Of a stretch of 64,000 bases of DNA, positions 60,482 to 64,000 are shown in pieces. Source of the stretch: an uncultured Nitrospiraceae bacterium (lineage in GTDB: Bacteria; Nitrospirota; Nitrospiria; Nitrospirales; Nitrospiraceae); NCBI GenBank assembly GCA_963706325.1, contig CAVPLT010000004.1, positions 448,001 to 512,000 of the forward strand, in the 5' to 3' direction. The notes beneath the pieces are model-generated. The model did not search any database. It was not told the DNA's origin and saw nothing but the letters and a program-made list of their open reading frames with translations. How positions within the stretch are numbered: the first letter of the stretch is position 1; the number at the start of each line of letters is the position of its first letter. The translations under genes were made by a program, and so were the position numbers.

Positions 60482-61458
60482 GGCGTCGAACGTTGCCCAC
60501 TTTGGCGTTTGCAGTCTGTTTTGTTGTCGCACTGTTTATTTCGGGCAGGGTTGAGGCCGCTTCTCCTGACGCGCGGGTGACCGTGGCTATGCAGAAAAGC
60601 GGTTCCGAGGCCACGCTGCTTGGATTGTTTTTCCACGATCCCCAACTTGGCTGGGCGGTCGGCTCAGGCGGGACGATTCTCAAGACCGTTGACGGCGGCC
60701 GCAAATGGAAGAAAGTGTCCAGTGGAACTTCGGCCCTGCTGACGGCCGTGTATTTTCGTGATGCCCGTCGCGGCTGGGTTCTTGGCGCCAATGGAACGGT
60801 GCGTACGACTCAGGACGGCGGTGAGACCTGGAATGTCATGATCGTGTCGAACCAGGCGCCGTTGTACGGAATCGCATTCGTCTCGGATCTAAAGGGTTGG
60901 ATGGTCGGCGGAAACGGAACGATTCTTCAGACGACTGACGGGGGAGAGAACTGGACGGATCAAGCGAGCGGCACAAGCGCGGCACTCCACTCCATCGCTC
61001 TGACAAACGAGCAACATGGAACCATCGTGGGTGCCTTGGGCACAATCCTCACGACTGCTGACGGCGGCGCCACCTGGGTTCCACAGGTCAGTCAGAGTTC
61101 GGCGACATTTTTTGATGTGGCCTTTGCGGATGAGACGAACGGCTGGGCGGTCGGAAATGCGGGCGCGTTGTTTCAAACCACCGACGGGGGCACCCACTGG
61201 ATCGATCGCACGCTGCCCTGCGGGCGGACCTGCAACAAACTCACCGATCTGATTCGTGTGCGGTTCACCGATGCCCAACAAGGTTGGATTGTAGGAGAAC
61301 ATGGCCAGATTTTGAGCACGAGCGATGCCGGCTATAATTGGGTTGAGAAGAGCAGTCCTGTCAAACGTTCCCTCATGGCCCTGAGCTTTCCGCGCGCGAC
61401 CGCGGGATGGGCGGCAGGCGAGGGAGGAACCATCATCGCTATCAGCTCTGGCAGATAG
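60478..61458 (+). CDS. YCF48-like BNR-repeat beta-propeller protein
   Basis: Repeated GW.VG..G.IL.T.DGG..W. Confidence 0.9.
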   Translation: MRRRTLPTLAFAVCFVVALFISGRVEAASPDARVTVAMQKSGSEATLLGLFFHDPQLGWAVGSGGTILKTVDGGRKWKKVSSGTSALLTAVYFRDARRGWVLGANGTVRTTQDGGETWNVMIVSNQAPLYGIAFVSDLKGWMVGGNGTILQTTDGGENWTDQASGTSAALHSIALTNEQHGTIVGALGTILTTADGGATWVPQVSQSSATFFDVAFADETNGWAVGNAGALFQTTDGGTHWIDRTLPCGRTCNKLTDLIRVRFTDAQQGWIVGEHGQILSTSDAGYNWVEKSSPVKRSLMALSFPRATAGWAAGEGGTIIAISSGR

Positions 61459-61485
61459 TGGGCTATTCGATTTGACCGCACGGAT

Positions 61486-62223
61486 TTACCCCAAGCGTCC
61501 CAAACGACTCTGCACAATACTAAGCGCCGTCACTGCAGCGGTATCCGCTCGGAGGATGTGGGTGCCTAGACTCACGGCGTGACATCCGTGCGTGAGCGCC
61601 AGGGTGAGTTCTTCCTCTGCCCACCCCCCTTCAGGACCGATGATCAGGGCCACACTTTCCGTCAGGAGACCAGGAAGCGGTACAAGGGACAATGCCGCTG
61701 CCTCTCGGCGTTCGGCCAGGATGAGTGCGCACGTAGCTGTCCTGGTTGAAAAGAAATGGCGCGCATCCAGTGGCTCCAACACATGCGGTGCCTGCCATTG
61801 CTCGGACTGTTGAGCCGCCTCGATCGCGATCCGCCGCCAGCGGGATACCTGCGCGGCGATTCGTCCGGCTTGCGGTCTTACGACGCCATGTCGGGAGACC
61901 AGCGGCAGAATCGTCCGCACGCCCAACTCGCTGGCTTTCTGTACAACCCAATCCATATGGTCGCCTTTGAGCAGTGCCTGGGCGAGGAGCACGGTCGGGC
62001 CGATCTCAGCGGGACCTTCTTGCTGGTCAAGAATGCGGACAGTCAGCTGGTGTTGCGCCACTTCCATCACCTCGACACGATAGCGTCGTCTGTGCTCATC
62101 AGTGAGCAGGAGACATTCTCGTGGTTTGACTCGAAGGCTGGCGCGCAAATGATGGCAGAGATCGCCGGTGAGGGTGATCGCTGTGCCCTGAACGTCGAAT
62201 GAAGGGATGAAAAATGCCGGCAT
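61486..62223 (-). CDS. rsmE: 16S rRNA m3U1498 methyltransferase
   Basis: HHL..SLR, QKASELGV, EAAQQS, IGPEGG, LG..ILRADTA. Confidence 0.95.
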   Translation of the reverse strand: MPAFFIPSFDVQGTAITLTGDLCHHLRASLRVKPRECLLLTDEHRRRYRVEVMEVAQHQLTVRILDQQEGPAEIGPTVLLAQALLKGDHMDWVVQKASELGVRTILPLVSRHGVVRPQAGRIAAQVSRWRRIAIEAAQQSEQWQAPHVLEPLDARHFFSTRTATCALILAERREAAALSLVPLPGLLTESVALIIGPEGGWAEEELTLALTHGCHAVSLGTHILRADTAAVTALSIVQSRLGRLG

Positions 62224-62256
62224 CGTGGTCGGCGGAATCAGGCAGGTAATGTGGAT

Positions 62257-63363
62257 CTACTCGAAGAACGTTTTCATCTTGTCTAGAAAACCTTCGCCCT
62301 CGGTGTCCTTCGTATAACCACTTTCCTTGGCGAAGTCTTCGAGCAATTCCTTTTGCCGCGAACTCAGCTTCGTTGGAATTTCGACTTTGACGTTGAATAC
62401 TTGGTCTCCGGTAGAACCGCCCTTCAGGTTCGGGAATCCGAGCCCCTTCAGCCGGAGGATTTTATCCGGCTGGGTGCCGGCGGGAACCTTCATGAAGGTG
62501 TTTCCTTTGAGAGTCGGCACTTCCACCCGGCCACCTAGGATGGCAGTGACCAGATTCACCGGAAGATCGCAGGCGACATCCTGGCCTTCGCGGCGAAAGA
62601 TGGGATGCGATTTGACCGTCACCGCGACATACAGGTCCCCTTGCGGGCCGCCTTGGACTCCGTGCTCGCCTTCATTTGCCAAGCGCAGTCTCATACCCGT
62701 TTCGATGCCACCGGGAATCTGCACCGAGAGCATGCGTTCTTTGCGGAGGCGCTGTCGTCCACCGCAGACCTGGCAGGGCTCGGTAATGATTTGCCCTACG
62801 CCTTCGCATTGGCCGCAGGGGCGGCTGACACTGAAAAATCCTTGCTGGAATCGCAACTGACCTTGCCCTTTGCAGGCCGGGCACATCTTAATGGCAGTGG
62901 CTGACTTCGCACCTGTGCCTTTACAGTCGGCACAGGTCTCCCATCGGGGAATTTTCAGCTTCGCTTCCTTGCCGAACACGGACTCTTCGAACGTCAAATC
63001 CAGATTATATTGGAGGTCGTTGCCGCGTTCAGACCGACCTCGGCCACGTGGCTGGCCGAAAAAATCCTCAAAAATATCGTTGAAGATGTCGCCGAATCCG
63101 CCCTGGCCGCCGAAACCTTCCGCGCCTTGCGGCCCGCCTGCATGGCCGAAGGTATCGTACTGTCGCCGTTTGCCCTGATCGCTGATAACCTCATAGGCTT
63201 CGTTGATTTCTTTAAACTTTTCTTCCGCCGTCTTTTTGTGCTCAGGAGAAGCGTGGAGATCCGGATGGTGTTGGCGTGCGAGCTTACGGAATGCTTTCTT
63301 GATCTCGTCGTCAGACGCGGTCCGCTCAATGCCGAGAGTTTCGTAGTAGTCGCGTTTAGCCAC
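62257..63363 (-). CDS. dnaJ: Chaperone DnaJ
   Basis: J domain HPD; four CxxCxGxG-type repeats. Confidence 0.98.
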   Translation of the reverse strand: MAKRDYYETLGIERTASDDEIKKAFRKLARQHHPDLHASPEHKKTAEEKFKEINEAYEVISDQGKRRQYDTFGHAGGPQGAEGFGGQGGFGDIFNDIFEDFFGQPRGRGRSERGNDLQYNLDLTFEESVFGKEAKLKIPRWETCADCKGTGAKSATAIKMCPACKGQGQLRFQQGFFSVSRPCGQCEGVGQIITEPCQVCGGRQRLRKERMLSVQIPGGIETGMRLRLANEGEHGVQGGPQGDLYVAVTVKSHPIFRREGQDVACDLPVNLVTAILGGRVEVPTLKGNTFMKVPAGTQPDKILRLKGLGFPNLKGGSTGDQVFNVKVEIPTKLSSRQKELLEDFAKESGYTKDTEGEGFLDKMKTFFE

Positions 63364-63382
63364 GGAAAGTGTTATCCGGTCT

Positions 63383-63437
63383 ACTGTACGGCACGACCGA
63401 GTTCCACGCTATGGTGGAACCCGGTCGTGCGGACAGT
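63383..63437. promoter_or_regulatory. Long intercistronic hairpin between dnaK and dnaJ
   Basis: GCACGACCG(A)GTTCCAC-GCTATG-GTGGAAC(C)CGGTCGTGC. Confidence 0.65.
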
Positions 63438-63452
63438 GCTGAGGAGGTTATG

Positions 63453-64000
63453 TTACTTTTTGTCCTTATCCACTTCTTCGAATTCCGCGTCCACGACCTT
63501 TTCATCGGTCTTGGGCTGCGACCCTCCGCTGTCTCCAGCTGCAGAGGCGCCGGCATCCGCACCGCCACCTGCCGCGGCTGAGGCTTTTTTGTACATCTCT
63601 TCGGCCAGCTTGTGCGAGGCTGCCGTCAACGCTTGAGTCGCGGACTCGATGGCGCCTGGCTCATCGCCTTCCATCGCCTTGCGCAGCCCCGTGATCGCCT
63701 CAGTGATCTTGGTTTTGTCATCTTCACCGATCTTGTCTCCATGCTCGCTGAGGTTTTTCTCAGTCGTATACAGGAGCGAGTCGGCCTGATTGCGAGCTTC
63801 TGCCACGCGGCGACGCTTCTTATCGTCTTCCGTATGGGATTGGGCGTCTTTGACGAGCTTGTCAACTTCGTCCTTGCTGAGCCCGCTAGATGCCGTGATC
63901 TTAATAGACTGTTCCTTCTGCGTGGCCAGATCTTTGGCCGCCACATGGACGATACCGTTCGCATCGATGTCGAAGGAGACTTCGACCTGCGGCATCCCGC
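63453..64000 (-). CDS. dnaK: Chaperone DnaK (3' part; runs off the window)
   Basis: PQVEVSFDIDANGIVHV, VVDAEFEEV. Confidence 0.98.
   Translation of the reverse strand, partial: GMPQVEVSFDIDANGIVHVAAKDLATQKEQSIKITASSGLSKDEVDKLVKDAQSHTEDDKKRRRVAEARNQADSLLYTTEKNLSEHGDKIGEDDKTKITEAITGLRKAMEGDEPGAIESATQALTAASHKLAEEMYKKASAAAGGGADAGASAAGDSGGSQPKTDEKVVDAEFEEVDKDKK

Noticed and set aside
1..64000. CRISPR arrays, rRNA, intact transposases or integrases
   Set aside because: No regularly spaced repeats, rRNA signatures or complete DDE/tyrosine/serine recombinase ORFs were seen

Overview
64-kb bacterial chromosomal window. Gene content and an intergenic repeat family suggest Nitrospira/Nitrospirota (inference). 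Four blocks. (1) 1-12.4 kb: an elaborate oxyanion (molybdate/tungstate-type) uptake locus with two paralogous OprO/P-like porins, an XRE-HTH/PBP regulator, two ModA-like binding proteins (one atypical), TOBE proteins, three orphan lipoproteins and frameshift-riddled modB/modC. (2) 12.4-27 kb: a decayed accessory region around a tRNA-Met(CAT). It holds tandem TraT lipoproteins, a CI/LexA-like repressor with its own operator, a fluoride riboswitch-crcB unit, a ~3-kb att-bounded serine-recombinase island remnant, a MITE, and USP, OB-fold and zwf pseudogenes (zwf carries an internal micro-inversion). (3) 27.5-43 kb: TpsB-short TpsA-TPR/CHAT secretion cassette, a Lon-like protein with an altered catalytic motif, and two-component/sigma54-type regulators. 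(4) 43-64 kb: core genes (chdC, cinA, thpR, recA, recX, alaS, ruvX, mltG, deoC, degenerate deoB, ridA-like, IPT/TIG + YCF48-like pair, rsmE, dnaJ, dnaK 3' end). No CRISPR array or rRNA was seen. All calls come from reading motifs by eye; no database searches were run.
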